From an uncultured Alphaproteobacteria bacterium (GTDB taxonomy: Bacteria > Pseudomonadota > Alphaproteobacteria > CAAHEQ01 > UBA3637): 64,000 bases of DNA. How positions within the stretch are numbered: the first letter of the stretch is position 1; every line of letters starts with the position of its first letter. Shown piece by piece: positions 1-9,223 of this stretch. Made by a program: the position numbers and the translations under genes. The stretch spans positions 18,485 to 82,484 of the forward strand of contig CALXXX010000006.1 of assembly GCA_944392795.1 (NCBI GenBank), in the 5' to 3' direction. Below the pieces are notes generated by a model. The model ran no database searches. It had not been told where the DNA came from and saw only the letters and a list, made by a program, of their open reading frames with translations.

Positions 1-1
1 A

Positions 2-799
2 CATATTGGTAAGAAGATTGCAGCAACACTTGCATCTGTAGGAACGCCGGCTTTTTTCGTTCACCCTGCAGAAGCGAGTCATGGTGATTTAGGCATGTTG
101 ACAACTGATGACACAATTTTAGCTTTGTCTAATTCAGGAGAATCAAAAGAGCTAGCAGACATTATCGCATTTGCTCATCGCTTTGGTATTAAAATGATTT
201 GCATGGTAGGAAATGCTAATAGCACTTTAGCAAAAGCTTCTGATATTATTTTGTGTTATCCTCCTTTTGAGGAAGCTTGTTCTTTTGGTATGGCTCCGAC
301 CACATCTACAACTTTGTCGTTAGCCTTGGGAGATGCTCTTGCCATGACACTTTTAGAGCTTAAAGGGTTTACAAAGGAGCTGTATCGAGATAGACATCCT
401 GGGGGAAAGCTTGGAGCTATGTTGTTAAAAGTAAAAGAGCTTATGGCAACCGGAACGGATATGCCGATTGTTCCGAAGGGGACAACAATGACACAAGCAC
501 TGATTGAAATGACAGGGAAAAGTCTTGGTTGTGTTGGTGTAATCGATACAGATGGTCGATTGATTGGGATGATTACAGATGGAGATTTGCGTCGTCATAT
601 GAGCCCGTCTCTTTTATCTTTAACAGTAGACGAAGTTATGACAAAGTCCCCAAAAACAATTAACGGAGAAATGTTGGCAGCGGAAGCTGTTCGTTTTATG
701 AATGAGAATAAGATTACGAATGTCTTTGCCGTTGATTCAGAAGGCAAGCCAGAAGGTCTCTTACATATTCATCAATGTATGCAGGCGGGAGTTGTATAG
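2..799 (+). CDS. kdsD: Arabinose-5-phosphate isomerase (KdsD/KpsF), 5'-truncated at the window edge
   Basis: Frame 2 translates from nt 2 as HIGKKIAATLASVGTPAFFVHPAEASHGDLGM (SIS domain). Tandem CBS-like motifs follow (GVIDTDGRLIGMITDGDLRR). It sits directly upstream of lptC/lptB. Confidence 0.85.
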   Translation, partial: HIGKKIAATLASVGTPAFFVHPAEASHGDLGMLTTDDTILALSNSGESKELADIIAFAHRFGIKMICMVGNANSTLAKASDIILCYPPFEEACSFGMAPTTSTTLSLALGDALAMTLLELKGFTKELYRDRHPGGKLGAMLLKVKELMATGTDMPIVPKGTTMTQALIEMTGKSLGCVGVIDTDGRLIGMITDGDLRRHMSPSLLSLTVDEVMTKSPKTINGEMLAAEAVRFMNENKITNVFAVDSEGKPEGLLHIHQCMQAGVV

Positions 800-1852
800 G
801 TGAGAACAGCAAGTCGTTCTATTCGTAATCATCGTCGTTTTATACGTTTTTTACGTTTTTTGTTTCCTTTTGTCGCATTCATTATTGCGGCGTGTTTATT
901 ATTGTGGCCGCAATTAGTAAAGCAAAAGAGTTTTATCGATTCATTATTAAAAATTTCTCCTCTTCATTTTTCGACAAAAGCGAATATTGATATGACAAAA
1001 GTACAATTTTTCTCCGAAGATGAGAAAGGTCAACCATTTACAATTGTATCAGAAAAAGTTTTAGAAACAGATCCAACACAGCAACTGGTTCGAATGGACA
1101 ATCCAAAAGGGGAGATGACTTTAAATTCTGGAGTAAAAATTTTTACCTCTTCGCCTTTTGGGCTTTTTTATCAAGGAACTGAGGTTCTTGTTTTTGAAGA
1201 TAAGGTTAAAATTACGACTGATAATGGATATGAGGGTGATTTATCTAATGTCACTTTATATCATAAAGAAAAGTCTGCCCAAAGTTCAGAAAAAATCACT
1301 GTAACTGGTCCTAAAGGCTCTCTGGATGCAGAGGGCTTTAAGATGTGGGATAACGGAGATAAAATTGATTTTTATGGAAATTCAAAATTAATTGTCAAAC
1401 AGACAGAAGAAAGTGACACAATTATTGTTACTAGTCAAAACGGGATGGAAGTTCGTCAAACAGATAAGACGTTGACGGCAAAAGGAAATGCAGTCTTGAC
1501 CCGTGCAGATAATCAGCTATATGCAGATCGAATAACAGGGTATTATACAGAAATACAGCCTAAGAAATATGAACTTGTTTCTATGAAAGCAGTCGGACAT
1601 GTAAAAATTGTGACTCCAACGGAAACGATTACAGGAAATGATGCTTTTTATGATATGAACACAGAAAAGGCTTTTATTACCGGAGATGTTCATGTCCAGC
1701 GTTCCGAAGGTAAAATGAACGGAGATAGAGCTATTATAGATATGAAAAAAGGCGTTAGTCAGTTGGAACAGGATAAAGCTCTTCCAAATGCGACAGGTCG
1801 CGTACAAGGAGTTTTGTTGCCAGCACGGTTAAAAAAAGATAAGATGAATTAA
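800..1852 (+). CDS. LptC-LptA-like LPS transport protein: N-terminal TM anchor plus two OstA-type beta-jellyroll segments in one 350-aa ORF (GTG start)
   Basis: The N-terminal hydrophobic segment FLFPFVAFIIAACLLLW is followed by an LptC-like region. A second LptA/OstA_N-like region carries GNAVLTRADNQLYADRI ... ITGNDAFYD ... ITGDVHV. There is no separate lptA between this ORF and lptB. Confidence 0.6.
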   Translation: MRTASRSIRNHRRFIRFLRFLFPFVAFIIAACLLLWPQLVKQKSFIDSLLKISPLHFSTKANIDMTKVQFFSEDEKGQPFTIVSEKVLETDPTQQLVRMDNPKGEMTLNSGVKIFTSSPFGLFYQGTEVLVFEDKVKITTDNGYEGDLSNVTLYHKEKSAQSSEKITVTGPKGSLDAEGFKMWDNGDKIDFYGNSKLIVKQTEESDTIIVTSQNGMEVRQTDKTLTAKGNAVLTRADNQLYADRITGYYTEIQPKKYELVSMKAVGHVKIVTPTETITGNDAFYDMNTEKAFITGDVHVQRSEGKMNGDRAIIDMKKGVSQLEQDKALPNATGRVQGVLLPARLKKDKMN

Positions 1853-1875
1853 AAGGAAAAGTTTGGATATCAGTC

Positions 1876-2613
1876 ATGGAAATAAAAAAAGAACGCGGTT
1901 TAATTGCAAAAAACATTGGGAAATCTTATAAGAACAGAACAGTTTTGCGAGATATTTCACTTTCTGTTCATCAAGGAGAGGCTGTTGGTCTTTTAGGCCC
2001 TAACGGAGCAGGGAAAACAACGTGCTTTTACTGTATTACAGGTTTGATTAGACCCAATTTTGGTCAGATTTTATTAAATGGTATTGATATTACGTCTTTG
2101 CCGATGTATCAGCGTTCTCGGCTTGGGATAGGTTATTTACCTCAGGAGTCTTCAATTTTTAGAGGATTAACAGTAGAACAAAATATTATGGCTGTTTTAG
2201 AGGTCGTTGAGGATGATGCAACGGCTCGTGAAGCTCGTTTAGATGCCTTATTGGGTGAATTTTCTATCTCTCATTTGCGTCAAGCACCATCTAAAGCTTT
2301 GTCTGGAGGGGAACGTCGCCGATTAGAAATTGCACGGGCTTTAGCTTCTAATCCATCTTTTATTCTTTTAGATGAACCTCTTGCCGGTATTGATCCTATT
2401 GCAGTGGCAGAAATTCGTGATTTAGTGGCTCATTTAAAAAACAGGGGATTGGGTGTTTTAATTACAGATCATAATGTTCGAGAAACTTTAGGCATTATAG
2501 ATCGTGCATATATTTTGAGTGACGGTATTATGTTAAAAGAAGGTGTACCTGATGAAATTGTCGCAGATGAGCGAGTTCGGAAAATTTATTTAGGCGAAAG
2601 CTTTTCCATTTAG
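1876..2613 (+). CDS. lptB: LPS export ABC transporter ATP-binding protein LptB
   Basis: Walker A GPNGAGKTT, ABC signature LSGGERRR and Walker B ILLDEP are present. The gene follows lptC/A. Confidence 0.9.
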   Translation: MEIKKERGLIAKNIGKSYKNRTVLRDISLSVHQGEAVGLLGPNGAGKTTCFYCITGLIRPNFGQILLNGIDITSLPMYQRSRLGIGYLPQESSIFRGLTVEQNIMAVLEVVEDDATAREARLDALLGEFSISHLRQAPSKALSGGERRRLEIARALASNPSFILLDEPLAGIDPIAVAEIRDLVAHLKNRGLGVLITDHNVRETLGIIDRAYILSDGIMLKEGVPDEIVADERVRKIYLGESFSI

Positions 2614-2699
2614 GTTATTGTTTTATTTGTTTTCTTGATAAAATCTTCTTGTATTTATTTTAAAATTCGATTATTTTGAAGGAAAGGAAAGGACTTCAA

Positions 2700-4448
2700 A
2701 TGAATATATTTACCGCTTTAAAAAGTGACATTCAGCAAACTATTCAAAAGTTAGCAGAAGATAAAAAAATCAATCATATGCCGGATTTGTCTCGGATGAC
2801 GACAGAGCCTCCTCGTGATTCTGCTCATGGAGATGTTGCTTCAAACGTAGCAATGGTAGTGGCGGGACAGCTTCAGATGAAACCCAGAGATTTTGCTTCA
2901 TTATTGGCAGAAGAGTTGCAGAAATTGCCATCCGTTGAAACAGTTGAAGTCGCCGGTCCCGGATTTATCAATCTTAAATTATCTAACTCTTTTTGGTATC
3001 AACAATTACGGACAGTTCTTTTAGAAAAGGAACATTATGGTGATTCTGATATGGGAAGAGGCGAAAAAGTTAATGTAGAGTTTGTCTCTGTTAACCCAAC
3101 GGGTCCAATGCATGTTGGTCATTCGCGTGGTGCTATTTTTGGAGATGCTTTGGCTGGATTGTTACAAAAAGCAGGTTTTGATGTTACTCGAGAATATTAT
3201 ATGAATGATGCCGGCGCACAAGTTGATAAGTTGGCTCGTTCAGCTTATTTGCGTTATCGAGAAGCAATGGGTGAAGATATTGGTGAAATACCTGAGGGAT
3301 ATTATCCGGGAGATTATTTAAAGCCTGTCGGTGCTTATATTGCTGAAAAAGACGGCGATAAATGGATGAATGTGGAAGAAAAAGACTGCCATGATTATTT
3401 TCGAGATATCGCTGTTCAAAAAATGATGGAACTGATTAAAGCTGATTTGGATTTATTAGGGATTCATTTTGATGTTTTTTCTTCTGAACGAGCGATTAAA
3501 GAGTCCGGAGGTATTGAAAAGGCCTTGAATATTCTTAGAAGTCGTCATTTAATATATAAAGGAATATTAGAAAAACCTAAAAGTGCTAAAGCTCCGGAAG
3601 ATTGGGAGCCTCAGGAAATGACGATATTTAAATCAACGGAATTCGGAGATGAAGCTGATCGTCCGTTAATGCGTTCGGATGGAACTTATACCTATTTTAC
3701 ACCAGACATTGCGTATCAATATGATAAGTTTTCCAGAGGATTTAAAAAACTGATTATGGTTTTAGGTGCTGATCATGCCGGTTATGTGACACGTTTGAAG
3801 TCAGCAGTAAAAGCCGTGACAAATGGTGAGGCCGATTTAGATATTAAACTCGTTCAAATGGTTAATTTTACGCAAAATGGTCAACCGCTGAAGATGTCAA
3901 AAAGGGCTGGAACTTTTGTGAGCTTTGCCGATCTTTTAAATCAAATTGGTAAAGATGTTGCTCGTTTTTTCATGCTTACGCGCAAAAATGACAGCCAGTT
4001 GGATTTTGATTTCGTTAAAGTTAAAGAGCAATCAAAAGATAATCCTGTCTTTTATGTTCAATATGCTCATGCTCGTGCCCATTCTGTCTTTCGGCATGCT
4101 GCTGAAATGTTTGGAGCAGATATTTTGGAAGGACTGGAAAAAGCAGATATGACATTATTAACAGATGAAACTGAAATAGCTCTTATTCGGACATTGTCAG
4201 CTTTTCCAAGACAAGTGGAATTGGCTGCAGAAGCCAATGAGCCGCATCGGATAGCTTATTATTTATATGATTTGGCTTCTGCTTTTCATGCGTTGTGGAA
4301 TAAAGGACGAGATGATGTTCAAATGCGTTTTTTAGATGAGAAAAACAAAGAATTATCTCGTTCTCGTTTAGCTTTAATTATGGCTGTGACTTATGTTATT
4401 GCAGCCGGTTTATCTATTTTTGGTGTGATCCCGGCAAAGGAGATGTAA
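2700..4448 (+). CDS. argS: Arginine--tRNA ligase
   Basis: Class I HIGH motif (HVGHSRG) and KMSKRAG are present. The start MNIF is preceded by the RBS aaggaaagga. The listed ORF begins at an in-frame TTG at 2676. Confidence 0.92.
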   Translation: MNIFTALKSDIQQTIQKLAEDKKINHMPDLSRMTTEPPRDSAHGDVASNVAMVVAGQLQMKPRDFASLLAEELQKLPSVETVEVAGPGFINLKLSNSFWYQQLRTVLLEKEHYGDSDMGRGEKVNVEFVSVNPTGPMHVGHSRGAIFGDALAGLLQKAGFDVTREYYMNDAGAQVDKLARSAYLRYREAMGEDIGEIPEGYYPGDYLKPVGAYIAEKDGDKWMNVEEKDCHDYFRDIAVQKMMELIKADLDLLGIHFDVFSSERAIKESGGIEKALNILRSRHLIYKGILEKPKSAKAPEDWEPQEMTIFKSTEFGDEADRPLMRSDGTYTYFTPDIAYQYDKFSRGFKKLIMVLGADHAGYVTRLKSAVKAVTNGEADLDIKLVQMVNFTQNGQPLKMSKRAGTFVSFADLLNQIGKDVARFFMLTRKNDSQLDFDFVKVKEQSKDNPVFYVQYAHARAHSVFRHAAEMFGADILEGLEKADMTLLTDETEIALIRTLSAFPRQVELAAEANEPHRIAYYLYDLASAFHALWNKGRDDVQMRFLDEKNKELSRSRLALIMAVTYVIAAGLSIFGVIPAKEM

Positions 4449-4449
4449 A

Positions 4450-5400
4450 ATGAAGTTATTTGATGATGAAGAAAAAAAAGAACCTCTTTCATCTTTAGAA
4501 GAAGAAAATGATGATGAGTTTTCTCAGACCCCGTATGATTTTAGGGCAGAGTATAAAGAAAGAATAACAGGATCACTTCCTGAGACAGAAGAAGCAGATA
4601 AAGCTTTCATGTCTCTTCGTTTTCATGCAATCGGTATCGGAATTTTAATTGGTGTTCTGATTGCTATTTTAGCAAGTGCTTTCTTCTTTGGCGGCAAAGA
4701 TGATGAAGAAACGGCTCCTGTGACAATTACGGGAAATGCTGAACCGATTAAAGAACGCCCGGCAGAACCTGGCGGAATGGAAATACCGGATCAAGATAAG
4801 CTTGTTTATAAAAGGATGCGAACAGATGATATGGATACAAAAGTTGAAAGATTGTTTCCTGAAACTGAACAACCTTTGGCTCCAGTTGTAGAGGAAAAAC
4901 CAAAACCAGTTGAAATCCCAACCAAAGAAGGTCAAATCTTGGGAGCGCCAACTTTTGTTCCAGAAAGTTCAGATCAGATGGAGTTAGAAGTTTTGTCTTT
5001 AAAAGAAAAGTCAATGCAAGTCTCTGTTCCTGCAGTTAAGCCTCAGCCAGTTGAACAAAAAGCTCCAGTTGCTCCGATTCCCGTGGCTAAAAAAGTTTCA
5101 GTTGATACAACTTCTGTGAAAACAGCTCAAACCAATGTTTCTGGATTGTCTCAGAATGCTTGGCATGTTCAACTGATCTCTTTGCCTTCTAAAAATGGTG
5201 CAGAGAAAGCTTGGCCAAAAATTTTAAAAGCTCATTCAGCTTTGTTGTCTGGTTTACCTCATGATGTCGTGGAAGCTCAAATTCCAGGTAAGGGAACTTT
5301 CTATCGTCTGAGAGTCGGTAATTTCAAAGATAGAAATGATGCAAAGGCTTTATGTGATAAATTAAAAGCTCGTAAGCAAGATTGTAGCTTGACAAAATAA
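4450..5400 (+). CDS. SPOR-domain cell-division/peptidoglycan-binding protein
   Basis: Acidic N-terminus, one TM (GIGILIGVLIAILASAFFF), a Pro-rich linker and a C-terminal SPOR-like domain (WHVQLISLPS...FYRLRVGNFKDRNDAKALCDKLK). The argS-SPOR-nagZ order is conserved in alphaproteobacteria. Confidence 0.75.
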   Translation: MKLFDDEEKKEPLSSLEEENDDEFSQTPYDFRAEYKERITGSLPETEEADKAFMSLRFHAIGIGILIGVLIAILASAFFFGGKDDEETAPVTITGNAEPIKERPAEPGGMEIPDQDKLVYKRMRTDDMDTKVERLFPETEQPLAPVVEEKPKPVEIPTKEGQILGAPTFVPESSDQMELEVLSLKEKSMQVSVPAVKPQPVEQKAPVAPIPVAKKVSVDTTSVKTAQTNVSGLSQNAWHVQLISLPSKNGAEKAWPKILKAHSALLSGLPHDVVEAQIPGKGTFYRLRVGNFKDRNDAKALCDKLKARKQDCSLTK

Positions 5401-5409
5401 GGAAGTTTT

Positions 5410-6360
5410 ATGAAAGAAATTAAGTCTGTTATCTTTGGGGTTAGAGGATTAACGCTTTCTCCAGAGGAAGCAGACTTTTTTCATTCAGTTAATCCGTTGG
5501 GGTTTATTATTTTTGATCGAAATGTTAAGGATCCAGAGCAGTTAAAGAGCTTAACGACAGATTTAAGAGCTTGTGTAGAGCGAGAGAATGTTCCTATTTT
5601 GGTTGATCAAGAAGGAGGAAGAGTTCAGAGATTATGGCCGCCTTATTGGGAAGGGTTGCCATTCGCACAAACTTACGGGGATTGGTATCTTCAATCTCCA
5701 GAAAAAGGAATAGAAGGCGTTCGTATTCATGCTCAAAAGCTATCTAAAATGCTTTTGAATGTAGGTATAAATGTTGATTGTTGGCCTTGCTTAGATGTTT
5801 CTAGTCCTAATGTCCATGATGTTATGAGGAAACGCTTATTCGGGAATGAACCAAAAATAGTTTCTGTATTAGCAAAAGAGGCTGTTCAGGAAATGTTGTC
5901 TCAAGGTTTAATGCCGGTCATTAAACATTTGCCTGGATATGGTCGGGCAACAACGGACCCTCATCATTATTTGCCTATTGTTAAAGCTAATTTGAAAGAA
6001 TTGGAAAAAGACTTTTATCCTTTCCAACAAATTCAACAACCTGTTTGGGGGATGACGGCTCATGTATTATATGAAGCGTTAGATACAGAGTTGCCGGCAA
6101 CTCTTTCTCCAACAGTCCTTCGTTTTATTCGTGAGAAAATAGGTTTTCAGGGATTTTTAATTAGTGATGATATTACAATGGGAGCTCTTAAAGGGAATAT
6201 TGTTGATAATACAATTGCTTCTGTTCAAGCAGGATGTGATGCAGTATTGCATTGTAGCGGTATCTTGGACGAAATGAAAAAAATTGCAGAGAGTATACCA
6301 TATCTTTCAGAAGAAGCTTTGACGCGATTGCAGAAGGGGCAGGCTTTGTTACATGTTTGA
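5410..6360 (+). CDS. nagZ: Beta-N-acetylhexosaminidase NagZ (GH3)
   Basis: GH3 N-terminal motifs are present: ILVDQEGGRVQRL and KHLPGYGRATTDPH. Confidence 0.85.
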   Translation: MKEIKSVIFGVRGLTLSPEEADFFHSVNPLGFIIFDRNVKDPEQLKSLTTDLRACVERENVPILVDQEGGRVQRLWPPYWEGLPFAQTYGDWYLQSPEKGIEGVRIHAQKLSKMLLNVGINVDCWPCLDVSSPNVHDVMRKRLFGNEPKIVSVLAKEAVQEMLSQGLMPVIKHLPGYGRATTDPHHYLPIVKANLKELEKDFYPFQQIQQPVWGMTAHVLYEALDTELPATLSPTVLRFIREKIGFQGFLISDDITMGALKGNIVDNTIASVQAGCDAVLHCSGILDEMKKIAESIPYLSEEALTRLQKGQALLHV

Positions 6361-7027
6361 TTTGATGAACTTTTCTATGTTTATTATTCCGCTTTTCTTA
6401 GCAATCGTTTTGCATGAATTGGCACATGGTTGGGTTGCTTTGAAATTAGGAGATCATACGGCGCAAAAAGAAGGACGTTTAACACTTAATCCGCTGCATC
6501 ATATTGATCCCATAGGAAGTATTTTTATACCGGCGATTTTATTTTTATCTCATTCTCCTTTTATGTTCGGATGGGCTAAGCCTGTTCCTGTTCGTTTTGA
6601 AGCTTTGAGGGATCCTAAAAGAGATATGGGTTTGGTCGCTCTTGCTGGTCCGTTAATGAACTTTTTATTAGCCGTCGGAGCTATTTTCGTTTTAGCTTTT
6701 TTTGAAAAATATTTGCCGGCGAAAGGTTTGCTTGGATGGGTGAGAGGAAATTTTGAGGCTCTTTTTGTCATCTCCATTTCATTGTGTGCATTTAATCTAT
6801 TTCCAATGCTTCCTTTAGACGGCGGTCGTATTATTGCCTCTGTTTTGCCCGATAAGTGGGCTCGAGAATATGCAAAGACAGAACAATATGGATTTTTATT
6901 ATTTTTGTTTTTATTAATAGGTTTGCCTTATTTAGGGCGAATTTTACATCTAAATCTAGACATTATAGGGCATTATATGCTATGGATGAGAACAGGGTTA
7001 TTACGCATTATAAGTTGGTTGATCTAA
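6353..7027 (+). CDS. M50-family (site-2 protease-like) membrane zinc metalloprotease
   Basis: HELAHG zinc motif inside TM1 and a second motif LDGGR. The protein is polytopic. Confidence 0.6.
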   Translation: MFDLMNFSMFIIPLFLAIVLHELAHGWVALKLGDHTAQKEGRLTLNPLHHIDPIGSIFIPAILFLSHSPFMFGWAKPVPVRFEALRDPKRDMGLVALAGPLMNFLLAVGAIFVLAFFEKYLPAKGLLGWVRGNFEALFVISISLCAFNLFPMLPLDGGRIIASVLPDKWAREYAKTEQYGFLLFLFLLIGLPYLGRILHLNLDIIGHYMLWMRTGLLRIISWLI

Positions 7028-7040
7028 AAAGGAGGTTAAA

Positions 7041-7388
7041 ATGATTGGTCACACAGAGCTTTTATTGATCTTACTGGTTGTGTTAATTATTTTTGGAGGG
7101 GCTCAAGTTCCTAAATTAGCACGTTCTTTAGGTTCGAGTGTTAACTCTTTTAAGAAAGGACTGAAAGAGGGAGAAGAAGAACCTGTAAAACCTGTTTCTG
7201 TATATGAGAAGTTAGAGAAAGTTTCAGCTGAGCCAGTTGTTGCTAAGTCTACGGTGAAAAAATCAGTAGCTAAGAAGAAAGCAACAAAGAAAACAACAGC
7301 TCGTAAGACTTCGACAAAAACAGCGGTTAAGAAAGCGACAACAAAAAAAACAGCTTCAGCTAAAGGTTCAACTAAAAAGAAGGCCTAA
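7041..7388 (+). CDS. tatA: Sec-independent translocase TatA with a C-terminal Lys/Ala/Thr-rich histone-H1-like tail
   Basis: The N-terminus MIGHTELLLILLVVLIIFGGAQVPKLARSLG is TatA-like. The C-terminal ~50 aa are KKxxxKK repeats. Confidence 0.85.
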   Translation: MIGHTELLLILLVVLIIFGGAQVPKLARSLGSSVNSFKKGLKEGEEEPVKPVSVYEKLEKVSAEPVVAKSTVKKSVAKKKATKKTTARKTSTKTAVKKATTKKTASAKGSTKKKA

Positions 7389-7568
7389 GTGTTCGGAATT
7401 GGTTTTTGGGAGCTAATCGTTATTGCTGGTGTGGCTTTGCTGGTTATTGGTCCAAAGCAAGCAGCCGGTTTTATGCATACACTTGGTCAATTCGCAGGTA
7501 ATGCGTCATCTTACTGGCGCCGTCTGAAACAGGAGATAGAAGACATTGGGAAAGAAGAAGATAAATGA
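7389..7568 (+). CDS. tatB: Minimal TatB (59 aa, GTG start)
   Basis: Not in the ORF track because it is under 60 aa. It translates as VFGIGFWELIVIAGVALLVIGPKQAAGFMHTLGQFAGNASSYWRRLKQEIEDIGKEEDK. The GTG overlaps the tatA stop, and the 3' end overlaps the tatC TTG start. Confidence 0.6.
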   Translation: MFGIGFWELIVIAGVALLVIGPKQAAGFMHTLGQFAGNASSYWRRLKQEIEDIGKEEDK

Positions 7569-8289
7569 AGCCGATACTTTAGGGGCTCATTTTAATGAAC
7601 TTCGGTGGCGGTTATTAATTTGGGCGGTTTCGTTTGTCATTTTAAGTTTCCTAGCTTCTTATTTTAAAGAAGAGTTGTTGGATGTTTTAATGCGACCTCT
7701 TGCTGTTGCAATGAAGCAGACAGATAGCACCCATCGCTTGATTTATACAGGCGTAGCTGAAGGCTTCATGACGGTTTTTAAAGTTTCTTTGTTCGCTGGT
7801 TTTTTCTTATCTATACCTGTTCTCGCTTATGAGGTTTTTGCTTTTGTATGTCCGGGACTTTTTCCTCATGAAAAACGAGCCTTTATGATTTTTGTTTTTG
7901 TTGCTCCGATTTTGTTTTTAATTGGTGCTCTTTTTGCTTATTGGGTTGTATTACCTATGGCGTATTTGTTTTTTTTGGGTTTTCAAATGCCCAATACAAT
8001 GCTACCGATACAATTAGAAGCTAAAATGTCAGAATATTTGTCTTTGACCACAGGGCTTTTAACGGCTTTCGGTATGGCTTTCGAGCTGCCATTAATTTTA
8101 ATCCTTCTTGGAAAAGTCGGTATTCTGACGGCTCAATCTTTAATTAAATTTAGACGTTTCGCTATTGTTTTAATTTTTATTGTTGCCGCTATTTTAACGC
8201 CGCCTGATGTTGTTAGTCAGCTCTGTTTAGCCTTGCCGCTTTTAGCATTATATGAGGTAACCATCTTTTTTATGCCCTCTAAAAGCTAA
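7546..8289 (+). CDS. tatC: Sec-independent translocase TatC (TTG start)
   Basis: FNELRWRLL and six predicted TM segments. The RBS aggag lies 10 nt upstream of the TTG. Confidence 0.85.
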   Translation: MGKKKINEADTLGAHFNELRWRLLIWAVSFVILSFLASYFKEELLDVLMRPLAVAMKQTDSTHRLIYTGVAEGFMTVFKVSLFAGFFLSIPVLAYEVFAFVCPGLFPHEKRAFMIFVFVAPILFLIGALFAYWVVLPMAYLFFLGFQMPNTMLPIQLEAKMSEYLSLTTGLLTAFGMAFELPLILILLGKVGILTAQSLIKFRRFAIVLIFIVAAILTPPDVVSQLCLALPLLALYEVTIFFMPSKS

Positions 8290-9206
8290 TGATTTTGACT
8301 TTTCTTTTCTAGAATAAGATATATATTTGCTCCTAGAATGAGAAGACCTCCAAGGATGATATTTAATGTTAAGGGGCTTTTAAAAAATAAGACATCTAAA
8401 ATAACAGCCGTAACGGGTTCTAGCAATAAAACCATTCCAATTGTGACCGCGGAAATAGAAACGCTGGCTTTATATAAAAGCAAGTTAGGTAGTGTAAAAA
8501 TAATCATACTGTAAAAGATAAAAGCATCGCATAATAAGGGTGGCAAATCAAAACTGAGTATACGAAGCGTTAGATTTTGATATGTTAATTCTGCAAGGGA
8601 AAATAAAAAAAGGATAGGTAAAATAGAGAAAATGTTAGTAGCTAGAAAAGTTCCATAAATTGAAATACCTTGTAGTCTTAAATGGCGGGTTATGAAAACC
8701 CATAAAGAAAGGCCTAAGCCTCCTAAAAAAGAAGAGATAATACCTAGTGTGGAGAATTGCTTATCATTGAATGGATTAACTAAAATAATCATACCAATTA
8801 ACATAATAGCAACTAAAATCCAGTCTATTTTGGATTGCTTTTTATGAAAATAAAAATGTTCAATTAAAATTGTCCACAAAGGTTGTAAGTAAAGAATTAA
8901 AACGATAAGAGAAACCGGAATATTTAGAATAATTGGCATGAATTCACCTAAGTTAATCATAAGCATTGAAAGCATGAAAAGAAGAGTGATTTTTAGAGGA
9001 ATTTTAAAAAATCTTTTAAAATCACGTCGAGCAGGATATAATATTACCAACAAAGATAAAATTTCAGGATAGAGCATTACTTCAAATAAAGAAGCTCCCA
9101 TATTCATCAGAATTTTTCCACCGAATACGATACCTCCAAACAAAATGCCTGATAAGATAAGATACAAATATGCCATTTTCTCCCCCCTTCTATATGGGAG
9201 AGGCAA
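8286..9206 (-). CDS. Polytopic membrane transporter, DMT/EamA-like
   Basis: About 10 hydrophobic helices with a two-repeat architecture. There is no specific motif. Confidence 0.4.
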   Translation of the reverse strand: MPLPYRRGEKMAYLYLILSGILFGGIVFGGKILMNMGASLFEVMLYPEILSLLVILYPARRDFKRFFKIPLKITLLFMLSMLMINLGEFMPIILNIPVSLIVLILYLQPLWTILIEHFYFHKKQSKIDWILVAIMLIGMIILVNPFNDKQFSTLGIISSFLGGLGLSLWVFITRHLRLQGISIYGTFLATNIFSILPILFLFSLAELTYQNLTLRILSFDLPPLLCDAFIFYSMIIFTLPNLLLYKASVSISAVTIGMVLLLEPVTAVILDVLFFKSPLTLNIILGGLLILGANIYLILEKKSQNH

Positions 9207-9223
9207 TGAATGAATTCAAGTTC

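Noticed and set aside
1517-1807. Short antisense or internal ORFs from the six-frame track lying inside longer well-supported genes. Examples: 1517-1807, 3946-4152, 4669-5014, 6550-6777, 12262-12465, 17221-17421, 20617-20814, 29753-29938, 31658-31921, 35391-35576, 40135-40384, 43476-43752, 48487-48678, 53059-53346, 54202-54426, 56020-56389, 61041-61298.
   Set aside because: Each is fully embedded in a gene with clear conserved motifs on the other strand or frame. They have low-complexity or skewed composition and no RBS, so they are treated as spurious.
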